Shown: positions 1 through 9,240, counted from the first letter of the stretch. The stretch: 15,198 nt of DNA from Candidatus Altiarchaeales archaeon IMC4 (GCA_001742785.1 MCBF01000001.1:94662-109859); one strand, 5' to 3'. Made by a program: numbers and translations. Notes: generated by a model not told the origin, from the letters alone.

Positions 1-56
1 CGAAAAAACGATAGATTCACAAAAGAGGGGGTTAATCAAACCCCTCATTTACATGA

Positions 57-298
57 TGTCCCGAAACTGCAATGCAGTTTCGAGGACACCGTTTGCAACA
101 AGTTGCAAACGCGTGTGGCTTTGAAGATTTTACATCTTCAAAATCAGTGAAGTTGTGTCCCATTAGATAAGCGAAACTCAAAGAGTTTCGGTACGCGCGA
201 ATCACTATGTGATTCAGCGTCCCGAAACTGCGTTGCAGTTTCGCGGACGCCGAAATTGCCGTGCAATTTCGAGCGAACTATAACTTTCTAATGTGGAC
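57..298. repeat. Cluster of seven adjacent short-loop palindromes (REP/BIME-like); 157-298 is bounded by imperfect terminal inverted repeats (MITE-like)
   Basis: Hairpins at 57-88, 90-111, 120-142, 172-190, 199-215, 217-250 and 251-271. GTCCCGAAACTGC-N3-GCAGTTTCGnGGAC occurs twice (58-87, 219-248). GTCCCATTAGA (157-167) pairs with TCTAATGTGGAC (287-298) with one bulge. Confidence 0.75.
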
Positions 299-347
299 CA
301 AGAAGGAGAGGCCTGCGAGGGAGAGCATCGTTGTCCTTGAGAAATAA
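299..347 (+). pseudogene. Orphan 3' gene end (KKERPARESIVVLEK*), resembling the C-terminus of N4/N6 DNA methyltransferases
   Basis: Frame 3 reads KKERPARESIVVLEK-TAA immediately right of the palindromic element; RESIVVL-K-stop is a typical methyltransferase tail from recall; no upstream gene body. Confidence 0.35.
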
Positions 348-404
348 TCTTTATCTATAAAACCCAAATCAATTAAACCATGGGTGCGATTTCCAAAAAA
401 CAAG

Positions 405-429
405 AAAAATCAATCTCTGATTGATTTTT
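405..429. repeat. Perfect 11-bp inverted repeat with 3-nt spacer upstream of rnp2
   Basis: AAAAATCAATC-TCT-GATTGATTTTT. Confidence 0.7.
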
Positions 430-458
430 GTGTCCTCATTATAAATAATACGGATAAA

Positions 459-800
459 ATGCCAAAACCGCTTCTGCCGACGCTTCGGGAAAAAAACCGC
501 TACATCGCCTTCGAGGTAATTTCGGACTCGCAGTTCGAGCGAAACGAGCTTGTCCGGGGCGTATGGGCGGGCGTGCTTGGTTTTCTTGGCGAGCAAGGCG
601 CCGGCAGAACGTCCCTCTGGGCGATGGATTGGGACGGCAGCAAAAGCACGGGCATCCTGCGCGTAAACCGCAAAAGTGTCGAGGAGGTGCGCGCGGCGAT
701 GGCACTGATAAGATCGGTGAACAACAAAAACACAGTCTTCCGTGTTCTTGGGGTTTCGGGCACGCTGAAGAGTTTAAGGGAGAAATTTTTAAATATTTAA
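459..800 (+). CDS. rnp2: Ribonuclease P protein component 2 (Pop5/Rpp14 family)
   Basis: MPKPLLPTLREKNRYIAFEV N-terminus, GILRV and the C-terminal VLGVSGTLK motif; ATG at 459 preferred over the upstream GTG at 384. Confidence 0.93.
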   Translation: MPKPLLPTLREKNRYIAFEVISDSQFERNELVRGVWAGVLGFLGEQGAGRTSLWAMDWDGSKSTGILRVNRKSVEEVRAAMALIRSVNNKNTVFRVLGVSGTLKSLREKFLNI

Positions 801-833
801 AAGTCTGTAGCGTTATCTATTTAATCTGTGGAA

Positions 834-2753
834 ATGGCAAAGAATACCAAAAGTGTAAAAATAAAAATCGGCGACATGAAGTCGTGGGACGATTTCGAGA
901 CTACCGACCAGCTGGAGATACCGAAAAAATTGGTGGACCAGGTCATCGGCCAGGAGAAGGCGGTAGACACGATAAAGAAGGCGGCAAGGCAGAGGCGGCA
1001 CATCCTTCTCATAGGCGAGCCCGGCACCGGAAAATCCATGCTCGCAAAGGCGATGGCGGAACTCCTGCCGTTCGAGGGGCTGACAGATGTCATGATCCTG
1101 AACAACCCCGACGACGAAAACAACCCCAATGTCCAGGTAACGGAGGCGGGAAAGGCCAAAGAGATGGTCAAAGCCGAGCGGGAAAAGGAGCAGGTTTCGA
1201 CAAAGGGCAGGGGCCCGAACGTGCAGGGGCTGATGATATTTTTGATAATGCTCACAATCGCAGTCTACGGCTACCTCTACTGGCAGTTCTGGTCCGGCAA
1301 AAGCGAGACTGCCCCGGACCCGCTGATATTCATGATGGTTCTTGGTTTTGCGTTCTTCATGTTCATCATGTCAGGGGTGAACCTCAGGGCGATGATGATG
1401 GGCGGCGCAAAATCAATGGCCCCCCACATTATTGTAGACAACGGCAGCAGGAAATCGGCCCCGTTCTTCGACGGCACCGGGGCGCACTCCGGCGCGCTTT
1501 TGGGGGACGTAAAACACGACCCGCTTCAATCGGGAGGCCTCGGCACGCCTGCGCACTCGCGCGTTATCGCCGGGATGATCCATAAGGCGAACAGGGGCGT
1601 CCTGTTCGTAGACGAGATCGGCACCTTAGGCAAGTCCCAGCAGGATCTGCTTACCGCAATGCAGGAAAAGCAGCTTTCGATAACCGGCAGAAGCGAGATG
1701 TCAAGCGGCGCCATGGTTATAACCGATCCGGTTCCTTGCGATTTCATACTCATTGCGGCAGGCAACATCCACGACCTTGCGAACATGCACCCCGCCCTTC
1801 GCTCGCGTATTCGCGGCTACGGCTACGAGATATACATGAAGGACACTATCCCCGACAATGACGAAAACCGCAAGAAGGTCGTAATGTTCGTGGCGCAGGA
1901 GGTTACCAACGACGGCAAGATACCGCACTTCACGAAGGATGCCGTTGAAGACATAATAATGGAGTTCAGGCGCAAGGCAGGCATGAAAGGAAAACTGTCG
2001 CTGGTCTTCAGGGAGCTGGGCGGGCTCGTGCGGGCTGCCGGGGACATAGCGACCGAGCGAAAGCACGAATACGTAACGAGGGAAGACGTTGTAATCGGCA
2101 AGAAGTCCGCAAGGACGCTTGAGCAGCAGCTGGGAGACATATATCTTGAGCGCAAAAAGGAGTACAAGGTGCTTGTGACGAAAGGCTCGCTTGTCGGGCG
2201 GGTCAACGGGCTTGCTGTGATCGGGGACGGCGGGACGGTCCTGCCGATAGTCGCCGAGGTTACCCCCGCATTCTCGAAACCGGAAATCGTCGCCACCGGG
2301 AAGTTGGGGGAAATCGCAAAGGAGGCGGTCCAGAACGTTTCGGCCGTCGTGAAAAAGTACTTTAAAAAGGACCTGCCGGGGGAATACGACATACACATCC
2401 AGTTTTTGCAGACTTACGAGGGCGTCGAGGGTGACTCGGCTTCGGTGAGCGTCGCGGTTGCGGTAATATCCGCGCTTGAAAACATCAAGGTTAAGCAGAA
2501 CGTGGCGATGACCGGCTCGCTGACCGTGCGCGGCGAGGTGATGCCCGTCGGCGGGATAACCCCGAAAGTCGAGGCGGCGATAGATGCTGGCATAAAAACG
2601 ATCATAATCCCGAAGAGCAACGAGAATGACGTACTTCTGGAGGAGCGCTACAAAGGCATGGCGGAGATCATCACGGCAAAGGACCTGACTGACGTCCTGA
2701 GAAATGCGCTGGACGGGGGCGAGGAAGTTATCAATAAGATCAGGTTGGAATAG
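834..2753 (+). CDS. lonB: Archaeal membrane-anchored ATP-dependent protease LonB
   Basis: Walker A GEPGTGKS, two hydrophobic TM segments inside the AAA+ domain, [18 protein letters not shown], Walker B LFVDE, protease GDSAS Ser and downstream Lys (GGITPK). ATG at 834 or GTG at 828. Confidence 0.96.
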   Translation: MAKNTKSVKIKIGDMKSWDDFETTDQLEIPKKLVDQVIGQEKAVDTIKKAARQRRHILLIGEPGTGKSMLAKAMAELLPFEGLTDVMILNNPDDENNPNVQVTEAGKAKEMVKAEREKEQVSTKGRGPNVQGLMIFLIMLTIAVYGYLYWQFWSGKSETAPDPLIFMMVLGFAFFMFIMSGVNLRAMMMGGAKSMAPHIIVDNGSRKSAPFFDGTGAHSGALLGDVKHDPLQSGGLGTPAHSRVIAGMIHKANRGVLFVDEIGTLGKSQQDLLTAMQEKQLSITGRSEMSSGAMVITDPVPCDFILIAAGNIHDLANMHPALRSRIRGYGYEIYMKDTIPDNDENRKKVVMFVAQEVTNDGKIPHFTKDAVEDIIMEFRRKAGMKGKLSLVFRELGGLVRAAGDIATERKHEYVTREDVVIGKKSARTLEQQLGDIYLERKKEYKVLVTKGSLVGRVNGLAVIGDGGTVLPIVAEVTPAFSKPEIVATGKLGEIAKEAVQNVSAVVKKYFKKDLPGEYDIHIQFLQTYEGVEGDSASVSVAVAVISALENIKVKQNVAMTGSLTVRGEVMPVGGITPKVEAAIDAGIKTIIIPKSNENDVLLEERYKGMAEIITAKDLTDVLRNALDGGEEVINKIRLE

Positions 2754-2820
2754 GTTTTATTCTTGGAATCATAGGGATTAATTGAAATGAAAAATAGAGA
2801 GTTGTATGATATACTGCAAG

Positions 2821-3234
2821 ATGAAAACCCTCAATGAAATAAAGGATGTGCTGGCAAGATACAAGAAAGAATTAAACCAGAATTATAGAGTGAAAAAAGA
2901 TAGTATATTCGGATCGTGCGTCAGAGGTGACCAGAAGAAGGAGGGATATCCATCAACCGGCAATATTATTGAAAAAAACACAGCAAGTTCGAACACATAT
3001 TATGGTATTGCATTGATGACCATGTCTGCGAACAATATACTCAAATATAATGTTGCTTGTGGGAATAGTCATATTGACATGTTTATTTATGCGGATATAT
3101 CCACACGAGTGCCGCTTTCTTATACCGCACCAAACAATAAATGCAATAAAATAGATGATGTAAATTCAATTGAATGCACTTATGATAGAATCCAAGATGA
3201 CAATAAACAAAGAATTAGGCAATATACTGCATGA
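2821..3234 (+). pseudogene. Chimeric remnant: N-terminal part of a minimal nucleotidyltransferase fused in frame to a NosD/beta-helix-like fragment
   Basis: MKTLNEIKDVLARYKKEL...IFGSCVRGDQKK matches an MNT N-terminus but lacks the SDxD motif; it continues with STGNIIEKNTASSNTYYGIAL...NNILKYNVACGN, typical of parallel beta-helix repeats. AT-rich. Confidence 0.6.
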
Positions 3235-3520
3235 GTTCAAGACGGAAGTGGAAAAATCCACTTATCCCGGCCCTGAAAAAATGCTCCTTTTTGGCTCTCA
3301 TGCAAGGGGCGAGGCCGTGGAAGGCTCAGACATTGACCTGCTTCTTGTCTTCAACAGAAACGTACCCGCAAGCACAGAGCGAAAAATACGGAGCATCTCC
3401 AACTCCCTGTCGCTCAGGCATGATGTGGTCATTTCCGAATTCCTGTTTACTGATGATGATTTTAAGAATCACAGAACTCCGTTTTTGCTGAATGTTAAAA
3501 AAGAGGCCGTGGTAGTATGA
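3197..3520 (+). CDS. Minimal nucleotidyltransferase (MNT), antitoxin partner of the HEPN protein
   Basis: LFGSHARGE...SDIDLL motif (GS-x10-DxD); ~107 aa; ATGA overlap with the HEPN gene. Alternative start at 3182. Confidence 0.88.
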   Translation: MTINKELGNILHEFKTEVEKSTYPGPEKMLLFGSHARGEAVEGSDIDLLLVFNRNVPASTERKIRSISNSLSLRHDVVISEFLFTDDDFKNHRTPFLLNVKKEAVVV

Positions 3521-3915
3521 ACGAGGAGATTAATAATCTGGTGGAAAAAGCAAAAAGAAGTGTCAATGCGGCGAAGATGCTATTTGAAAGCGGAAATTAC
3601 GATTTTTCGGTTTCAAGGGCATACTATACCATGTTTTATTGTGCAGAAGCCCTGCTCCTAACAATGGATTTAAGTTTTTCAAAACACTCGGCAGTCATTT
3701 CTGCATTTGGCAAACATTTCGTAAAAACAGGATTATTCCCGCCCGGTGCATATTCTAATCTGAATGACGCATTTAGGGACCGGCAGATTGGCGACTACGA
3801 AACATTTGCTATTGCTGCAATATCCAAGGAACGAGCGGAAGGGCACATAAAAAATGCCGAAGAATTTGTTGAACAAACCTCCAGATATATAGAAACTTTA
3901 AAACTAAACGGATAA
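3517..3915 (+). CDS. HEPN-domain protein (UPF0332/COG1895-like), MNT-HEPN module
   Basis: [20 protein letters not shown] and RQIGDY motifs; coupled to the upstream MNT. Confidence 0.88.
   Translation: MNEEINNLVEKAKRSVNAAKMLFESGNYDFSVSRAYYTMFYCAEALLLTMDLSFSKHSAVISAFGKHFVKTGLFPPGAYSNLNDAFRDRQIGDYETFAIAAISKERAEGHIKNAEEFVEQTSRYIETLKLNG
3892..3903 (+). promoter_or_regulatory. Putative BRE/TATA promoter of radA
   Basis: GAAAC-TTTAAAA, with the TATA-like part starting 33 nt before the radA ATG, inside the 3' end of the HEPN gene. Confidence 0.4.
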
Positions 3916-3929
3916 TAATTATTAACAAA

Positions 3930-4925
3930 ATGACAGAAACAAACATCGAAGACCTGCCAGGCGTCGGAGGCACGACTGCCGAGAAACTGAGGGTGGAGGG
4001 CTACGGCACGATCGAAGCGATAGCGGCCGCGTCAACCGGCGAACTCATAGACGTAGGTATCGGCGAGGCCAGCGCAATAAAGATAATCAATGCCGCGCGC
4101 GAGTCCCTTCATATGGGGTTCGAGACGGGGACCGAAATTCTCAAAAAACGCGCCTTGGTCGGGAAGCTGACAACCGGCAGCAAGGCGTTTAATGAACTCA
4201 TAGGCGGCGGCGTTGAGACGCAGGCCATAACCGAGTTTTTCGGAAAGTTCGGCTCGGGAAAGACGCAGATTGCCCACCAGCTTGCGGTCAACGTGCAGCT
4301 TCCGAAAAAGGAGGGCGGGCTCGATGGCTGCGCCATCTACATCGACACCGAAAACACCTTCAGGCCCGAGCGTATCCAGCAGATGGCGAAGAGCGCGGGG
4401 CTTGATCCTGAAGAGGCGCTGAAGAACATATTCGTCGCCCGCGCTTACAACTCGGACCACCAGATGCTTTTGGCGGAAAAGGCAGGCGAGGTTGCCGCGG
4501 AGCATAACGTACGGCTTGTAGTCGTAGATTCATTGACTGCGCACTTCAGGGCGGAATACTCCGGCAGGGGCACCCTTGCGAACCGCCAGCAGAAACTCAA
4601 CCGCCACATGCACACCCTCCAGAGAAAACTTGCGGATTTGTACAACTTAGCCGTTGTTGTGACGAACCAGGTCATGGCGCGCCCCGACGTAATGTTCGGC
4701 GACCCTACCGAGGCGGTCGGCGGGCATATCGTCGGCCACCACTCGACGTTCAGGCTTTACCTGAAAAAGAGCAAGGGCGACAAGAGGATCGCAAGGCTTA
4801 TCGACTCGCCGAACATGCCGGATGGCGAATGCATTTTCGAGGTCAAGACCGAGGGGATAAAAGACGAGAAGCCGGAGAGCGCGGCGAAGGCGAAGGCAAG
4901 GATCGCAAGTGAAAGTGACGAATGA
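3930..4925 (+). CDS. radA: DNA repair and recombination protein RadA
   Basis: N-terminal HhH domain (IEDLPGVG), Walker [47 protein letters not shown]; no intein. Confidence 0.98.
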   Translation: MTETNIEDLPGVGGTTAEKLRVEGYGTIEAIAAASTGELIDVGIGEASAIKIINAARESLHMGFETGTEILKKRALVGKLTTGSKAFNELIGGGVETQAITEFFGKFGSGKTQIAHQLAVNVQLPKKEGGLDGCAIYIDTENTFRPERIQQMAKSAGLDPEEALKNIFVARAYNSDHQMLLAEKAGEVAAEHNVRLVVVDSLTAHFRAEYSGRGTLANRQQKLNRHMHTLQRKLADLYNLAVVVTNQVMARPDVMFGDPTEAVGGHIVGHHSTFRLYLKKSKGDKRIARLIDSPNMPDGECIFEVKTEGIKDEKPESAAKAKARIASESDE

Positions 4926-5350
4926 AATCCAGAAAACTGTTTATTCTTGAGACGAACGTAGATGACGCGACACCCGAAGCGCTGGCTTATGCAATCGAAA
5001 CGATTATGGGCGACGGCGCCCTTGACGTCCACGTCATACCATGCCTCATGAAAAAGGGGCGCCCCGGACACCTTATAAGGGTGCTGGCCGATGACCCGAA
5101 AAAGTTCTCAAAAATCCTGATGCGCGAAACCAGTACGCTTGGCGTTCGTGCTATTCCCGTCGAGCGCTTTGAGGTGGAGCGGACGATAAAGACGGTTGAG
5201 ATAAGCATGAGCGGCAACCCAGAAAAAATACGCATAAAGGAAAGCGAACTCGGAACAAAGCCCGAGCCGGATGACATCGCCCGCCTCGCGAAAAAGTACG
5301 GCCTTGCGTACGCTGATGTCATGAAGCAAGTAAACAAACAACTGCCCTAA
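4922..5350 (+). CDS. LarC family nickel-insertion protein, C-terminal (LarC2-like) domain only
   Basis: [22 protein letters not shown] and KPEPDD motifs of the LarC C-terminal half; 142 aa; ATGA overlap with the radA stop. Confidence 0.85.
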   Translation: MKSRKLFILETNVDDATPEALAYAIETIMGDGALDVHVIPCLMKKGRPGHLIRVLADDPKKFSKILMRETSTLGVRAIPVERFEVERTIKTVEISMSGNPEKIRIKESELGTKPEPDDIARLAKKYGLAYADVMKQVNKQLP

Positions 5351-5356
5351 TTTAAA
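5351..5356 (+). promoter_or_regulatory. Putative TATA box for a leaderless prs transcript
   Basis: TTTAAA starting 25 nt upstream of the ATG at 5376; no obvious SD. Confidence 0.4.
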
Positions 5357-5375
5357 CCCGCGCCGAATATATTAC

Positions 5376-6236
5376 ATGCTTGTTTTTTCCGGTTCGAAAT
5401 CTGCGGGGCTTGCAAAGCGGGTTTCTGAAGAATCCAGAATTAAACTTGGCGAAACCGAACTCAGGAAATTCACGGACGGCGAATTCTACATCAGGATTCT
5501 GTCCGGCGTTAAAAACGAAAATGCCGTCCTGATAAACTCCGTCGTCGATAACGAGTCCCTGGTCGAAACCCTACTGCTTCTTGACGCCCTGCGGGACAAC
5601 GGCGCAAAAAGGATCGACCTGTTCGTGCCGTACATGGCGTACTGCCGGCAGGACAAAGTGTTTAAAGACGGCGAGGCGCTCAGCGCAAAAACCGTGCTGA
5701 AACTGCTCGGCAATTTTTCAGATTCGATAACCACGCTCAACGCGCATTTTCTTGATACCTACGGGCGGTTCGAACCGTGGGGCGTGAAGCTGAAAAACCT
5801 GGATGCATTCCCGCTTCTTGCAAAGCACTTCGCAGGCAGGGTACGGAGTCCTGTTGTCATAGCACCGGATAAGGGTGCGATGCATTATGCCCGAAACGCG
5901 GCGGAAATAATCGGCTGCGAATCGGATTACCTTGAGAAGACGCGGGTATCCGACACCGATGTCCGGATGAAGACAAAAAAACTGCCCGTCAAGGGGAAGG
6001 ACGTCATAATACTCGACGACATAATCTCAACCGGCGGGACGATGCTCAAGGCGGCGGGCATGCTCAGGGGCGCCGGGGCGAAAACGATAGATTTAGGGTG
6101 CGTCCACGGGGTTTTCTCGAAGGGGACGGAAATGTTCGGGGGTGTCGTTGACGAGCTGGTCTGCACCGATTCGATCGAGCGCACCGAAAGCAGGGTCTCG
6201 GTTTCGGGGCTTATCGCGGGGGAAATACAAAAGTGA
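5376..6236 (+). CDS. prs: Ribose-phosphate pyrophosphokinase (archaeal type)
   Basis: FTDGEFYIRI, PYMAYCRQDK, APDKGA and the PRPP-binding loop ILDDIISTGGTM. Confidence 0.95.
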   Translation: MLVFSGSKSAGLAKRVSEESRIKLGETELRKFTDGEFYIRILSGVKNENAVLINSVVDNESLVETLLLLDALRDNGAKRIDLFVPYMAYCRQDKVFKDGEALSAKTVLKLLGNFSDSITTLNAHFLDTYGRFEPWGVKLKNLDAFPLLAKHFAGRVRSPVVIAPDKGAMHYARNAAEIIGCESDYLEKTRVSDTDVRMKTKKLPVKGKDVIILDDIISTGGTMLKAAGMLRGAGAKTIDLGCVHGVFSKGTEMFGGVVDELVCTDSIERTESRVSVSGLIAGEIQK

Positions 6237-6697
6237 AGAGGAAACTTTTTCTGCCATTGCTTCTTGGGTTTTTGCTTCTTGTAATATTCGGCTTATTTTA
6301 TAATTCGGGAGGCCCACAGACCCACCATGGCAATTCCGCCGTTTGCTTCGGCGAAACCTGCGTGGATGTGGAGATAGCGGACGAACCTGCCGAACGGACA
6401 ATGGGGCTGATGTATCGTGATGGTCTCGACAAAGGCCGCGGCATGCTCTTTATTTTTGAAACGGAAAGCCCATATTCGTTCTGGATGAAGAACATGAAGT
6501 TCCCGATTGACATGATATGGATCAATTCAGCCGGGGGGGTCGTGCATATCGAAGCGGACGTGCCGCCGTGCACTTCGGACCCGTGCCAGAGTTACACGCC
6601 GAAAGGCAGCGCGAAATACGTCCTTGAGGTGCCTGCGAATTTCACAAGAAAGAGAGGCGTTGCGGTCGGGGATGTTTGCCAGATCCGGGTTAGTTGA
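6233..6697 (+). CDS. DUF192 (UPF0127) family protein with N-terminal signal/anchor
   Basis: VEIADEPAERTMGLMYR, GMLFIF, FWMKNMKFPIDMIWI, YVLEV; hydrophobic N-terminus; GTGA overlap with prs. Confidence 0.92.
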   Translation: MKRKLFLPLLLGFLLLVIFGLFYNSGGPQTHHGNSAVCFGETCVDVEIADEPAERTMGLMYRDGLDKGRGMLFIFETESPYSFWMKNMKFPIDMIWINSAGGVVHIEADVPPCTSDPCQSYTPKGSAKYVLEVPANFTRKRGVAVGDVCQIRVS

Positions 6698-6730
6698 TTT
6701 ATTTACGTTAATTCCGATAAGTATAAACAA

Positions 6731-6934
6731 ATGAAAGAATTTAACGCGATAATCGAAAGGGGTGAAGATGGCTATCTTATATCCGAGGTAATCGAACTTC
6801 CTGGCTGCCACACCCAGGCAAAGACCTTCGATGAACTTCTGGAAAGAACCAAAGAGGCAATCTCGCTTTATCTGGAATGCACCCCTGTCGTGATTAAGGA
6901 ACGATTTGTGGGGCTGCAAAAAATCGCGGTTTAG
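6731..6934 (+). CDS. hicB: HicB-family antitoxin (short form, no DNA-binding domain)
   Basis: IIERGEDGY...ELPGCHTQAKTFDELLERTKEAISLYLE; 67 aa. Confidence 0.9.
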   Translation: MKEFNAIIERGEDGYLISEVIELPGCHTQAKTFDELLERTKEAISLYLECTPVVIKERFVGLQKIAV

Positions 6935-6935
6935 A

Positions 6936-7160
6936 ATGAAACTGCCTCTGTTATCCGCAAGAGAACTATTTGGGATCTTGGAAAAACTGGGTTTTGAAAA
7001 GATACGCCAAAAAGGCAGTCATGCCTTCTTTATGCATCCCGATGGGAGGACGACGTTAATACCGGTTCACCCATCCGAAAAAATCGACAGAGGACTTCTG
7101 AACAAAATTATCAGAAAGGACTTGGGACTATCACGGGAAGAATTTATGGGGCATATCTAA
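6936..7160 (+). CDS. hicA: HicA-family mRNA interferase toxin
   Basis: LEKLGFEKIRQKGSH (catalytic His), HPDGRTTLIPVH; ATG at 6936, 1 nt after the hicB stop. Confidence 0.92.
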   Translation: MKLPLLSARELFGILEKLGFEKIRQKGSHAFFMHPDGRTTLIPVHPSEKIDRGLLNKIIRKDLGLSREEFMGHI

Positions 7161-7164
7161 GGGT

Positions 7165-7863
7165 TTAGCAGAGGGCTGCAGCGGACCTTTTTTTGTGCTC
7201 ATTCTTCTTTATCATCGTTTTTATCTTTTTTACCGTGTCCGACTTTCCCTCTCCTGTCGAGAGAAACCTGTCCAATTCTGCGTAGGTGAAGCCCATCTCC
7301 TCTTCATCGGTCTGCCCCGCCCACAAACCTGCCGACGGTGGTTTTTTAATTATCTTTTCAGGAACACCAAGCGACTTTGCAAGCTCAATAACCTCGGTTT
7401 TCAGGAGGCCCCCCAGCGGCAGAAAATCCGCCGCGCCGTCCCCGTGTTTCGTAAAGTAGCCGACCGAAATCTCGCTTTTATTGCCTGAGCCTGCAACAAG
7501 ATAATTCTTTTGGTTTGCGGCGTAGTAAAGCGCGCACATCCTAAGGCGCGCCTTGAGGTTGCCCTGTGTTTTTTTATCAGATTCCCCAAGCGGTTTTACC
7601 GCCCCTGCAAAGACCTCGCTCAAATCAATGACCTGTGTTTCTACGCCAAATTTACCCGCGACAAGTTTCGCATCCTCAAGGTCTTCCGGGCCGCTTTCGC
7701 AGGGCAGGATCAGGCCGAGCGTGTTCCCGCACGCCTTTTTGCACAGGGCCGCGGCAACCGAGGAGTCAATCCCTCCGCTCATGCCGATAACTATGCCCTT
7801 GGCCCCTGATTCTTCTACCTGTTTTTTTATCCAGCCCGTTATTTTTTCAACCTTTGGTTTCAT
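7165..7863 (-). CDS. nadE: NH3-dependent NAD+ synthetase
   Basis: SGGIDSS PP-loop, GNLKARLRM, GYFTKHGDG, KPPSAGLWAGQTDEEEMG. Confidence 0.96.
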   Translation of the reverse strand: MKPKVEKITGWIKKQVEESGAKGIVIGMSGGIDSSVAAALCKKACGNTLGLILPCESGPEDLEDAKLVAGKFGVETQVIDLSEVFAGAVKPLGESDKKTQGNLKARLRMCALYYAANQKNYLVAGSGNKSEISVGYFTKHGDGAADFLPLGGLLKTEVIELAKSLGVPEKIIKKPPSAGLWAGQTDEEEMGFTYAELDRFLSTGEGKSDTVKKIKTMIKKNEHKKRSAAALC

Positions 7864-8155
7864 TTGTGGCCCAGTTTTCGAATTCTTCGTTAGCTTCGGC
7901 GCTTATCCTAATGATGCACGGGATTTCGTAACTGTGAATCTTCTCGACTTCTGTTTTTATTATTTCAAAATCTGCTGTTGTTTTTGCTATGAGAACCGCT
8001 TCGTTTTCTTCCACCACATTTCCTTCCCACCGATAGATACTTTCCGCAGGGAAGATATTTGCGCAGGCGATAAGCCTCTTGCTAAGAAGGTGTTTGGCAA
8101 TCTTTTTTGCCTCCCGATTATCCCTGCACGTCATGTAGATAATATACAGCGCCAT
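7847..8155 (-). CDS. cutA: Divalent-cation tolerance protein CutA
   Basis: LIACANI, SIYRWEG, HSYEIPCI motifs. Confidence 0.95.
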   Translation of the reverse strand: MALYIIYMTCRDNREAKKIAKHLLSKRLIACANIFPAESIYRWEGNVVEENEAVLIAKTTADFEIIKTEVEKIHSYEIPCIIRISAEANEEFENWATNETKG

Positions 8156-8207
8156 CTTTCGTTATTTATTCCCCCAAACACATTAATATTCCGAGGCAAA
8201 CGGAAAA

Positions 8208-9239
8208 ATGGATCTACTTGAGAAACTTTGCAGGACTGGGGGGATATCGGGATTCGAGGACGACGTGGCGGCGATAATGCTGAAGGAGCTTGGGCGCGTC
8301 TGCGACAGGGTTGAGGTTGACGGCTTCGGGAACGTCGTCGGTGTAAAAGGCAGGGAAAGCGCAGGCAAGAAGAAGATAATGATCGCGGCCCACATGGACG
8401 AGGTGGGCTTCATGGTGAAGCACATAAACAAAGAGGGATTCATAAGTTTCGTGGAGATCGGGGGCATTGACGACCGGATACTCCTCGAGCGGCAGGTTAT
8501 CATAAAGGCAAAGAAGGGCGATCTTAGGGGCATAATCGGCTCAAAGCCGCCGCACATACAAAAGGAAGAGGAACGCAAGAAGGTCGTGGAGCACGACGAG
8601 ATGTTCATAGACATCGGCGCAAAGGACGAGGCGGACGCCAAAACGATGGTGTCGGTCGGCGACCCGATAATATTCGAGCCTTCGTTCGGGCAGATGGCCA
8701 ACGGCCTTTATTACGGGAAGGCCGTGGACGACCGCTTGGGCTGCTGGGCGCTAATCAAGGTCATGGAGGCGCTTAAAGACGTAGACGCGACGGTTTACGC
8801 GGTAGCCACCGCGCAGGAGGAGGTCGGGCTCAAGGGCGCGAGGGTCGCGGCGTTCAAAATAAATCCGGACTGGGCGTTCGTGATTGACGTTACGATAGCG
8901 GGGGACACCCCCCAGATAAAGGAAACGGAATCCGCGCTGAAGCTTGGCGCGGGCCCTGCGATAACAATAACCGAGGCATCGGGCCGCGGCATCGTTACGC
9001 ACCCGAAGGTCAGGGAGCTTCTGAGAAAGGTGGCGCAGGAGAACAATATACCCTACCAGACCGACGTGCTCGAAGGCGGGATGTCCGACGGGGCGATAAT
9101 ATACCTCACAAGGGAGGGCATCAAGACCGGAGTCGTCTCGATACCTACAAGGTACATCCATGGGCCGGCAGGGGTCTTCCACAAGAAGGACCTTGAGAAT
9201 TCTGTCGAGTTGGTTGTTAAGGCCGTAAATAAGTTATAG
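8208..9239 (+). CDS. M42 family (TET-like) metallo-aminopeptidase
   Basis: AAHMDEVG, KAVDDRLG, QEEVGLKGA, IDVT and RYIH metal-ligand motifs. Confidence 0.95.
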   Translation: MDLLEKLCRTGGISGFEDDVAAIMLKELGRVCDRVEVDGFGNVVGVKGRESAGKKKIMIAAHMDEVGFMVKHINKEGFISFVEIGGIDDRILLERQVIIKAKKGDLRGIIGSKPPHIQKEEERKKVVEHDEMFIDIGAKDEADAKTMVSVGDPIIFEPSFGQMANGLYYGKAVDDRLGCWALIKVMEALKDVDATVYAVATAQEEVGLKGARVAAFKINPDWAFVIDVTIAGDTPQIKETESALKLGAGPAITITEASGRGIVTHPKVRELLRKVAQENNIPYQTDVLEGGMSDGAIIYLTREGIKTGVVSIPTRYIHGPAGVFHKKDLENSVELVVKAVNKL

Positions 9240-9240
9240 A

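Noticed and set aside
25..46. GAGGGG...CCCCTC hairpin as a terminator
   Set aside because: Plausible, but the upstream gene is outside the window and the T-tract is short, so it cannot be supported.
1..150. Open frames from the window edge (frame 1 to 150, frame 2 to 124)
   Set aside because: They run through the palindromes and have no recognisable protein features.
57..298. CRISPR array or tRNA
   Set aside because: Only two near-identical units, separated by further palindromes rather than unique spacers; no cas genes; no tRNA D/T-loop consensus.
563..1585. 340-aa alternative-frame ORF and other long overlapping ORFs (1701-2396, 7553-8221, 9234-9866, 12298-13134)
   Set aside because: Shadow frames of well-supported GC-rich genes with no motifs.
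834..4925. Inteins in LonB or RadA
   Set aside because: Both proteins have normal length and uninterrupted motifs.
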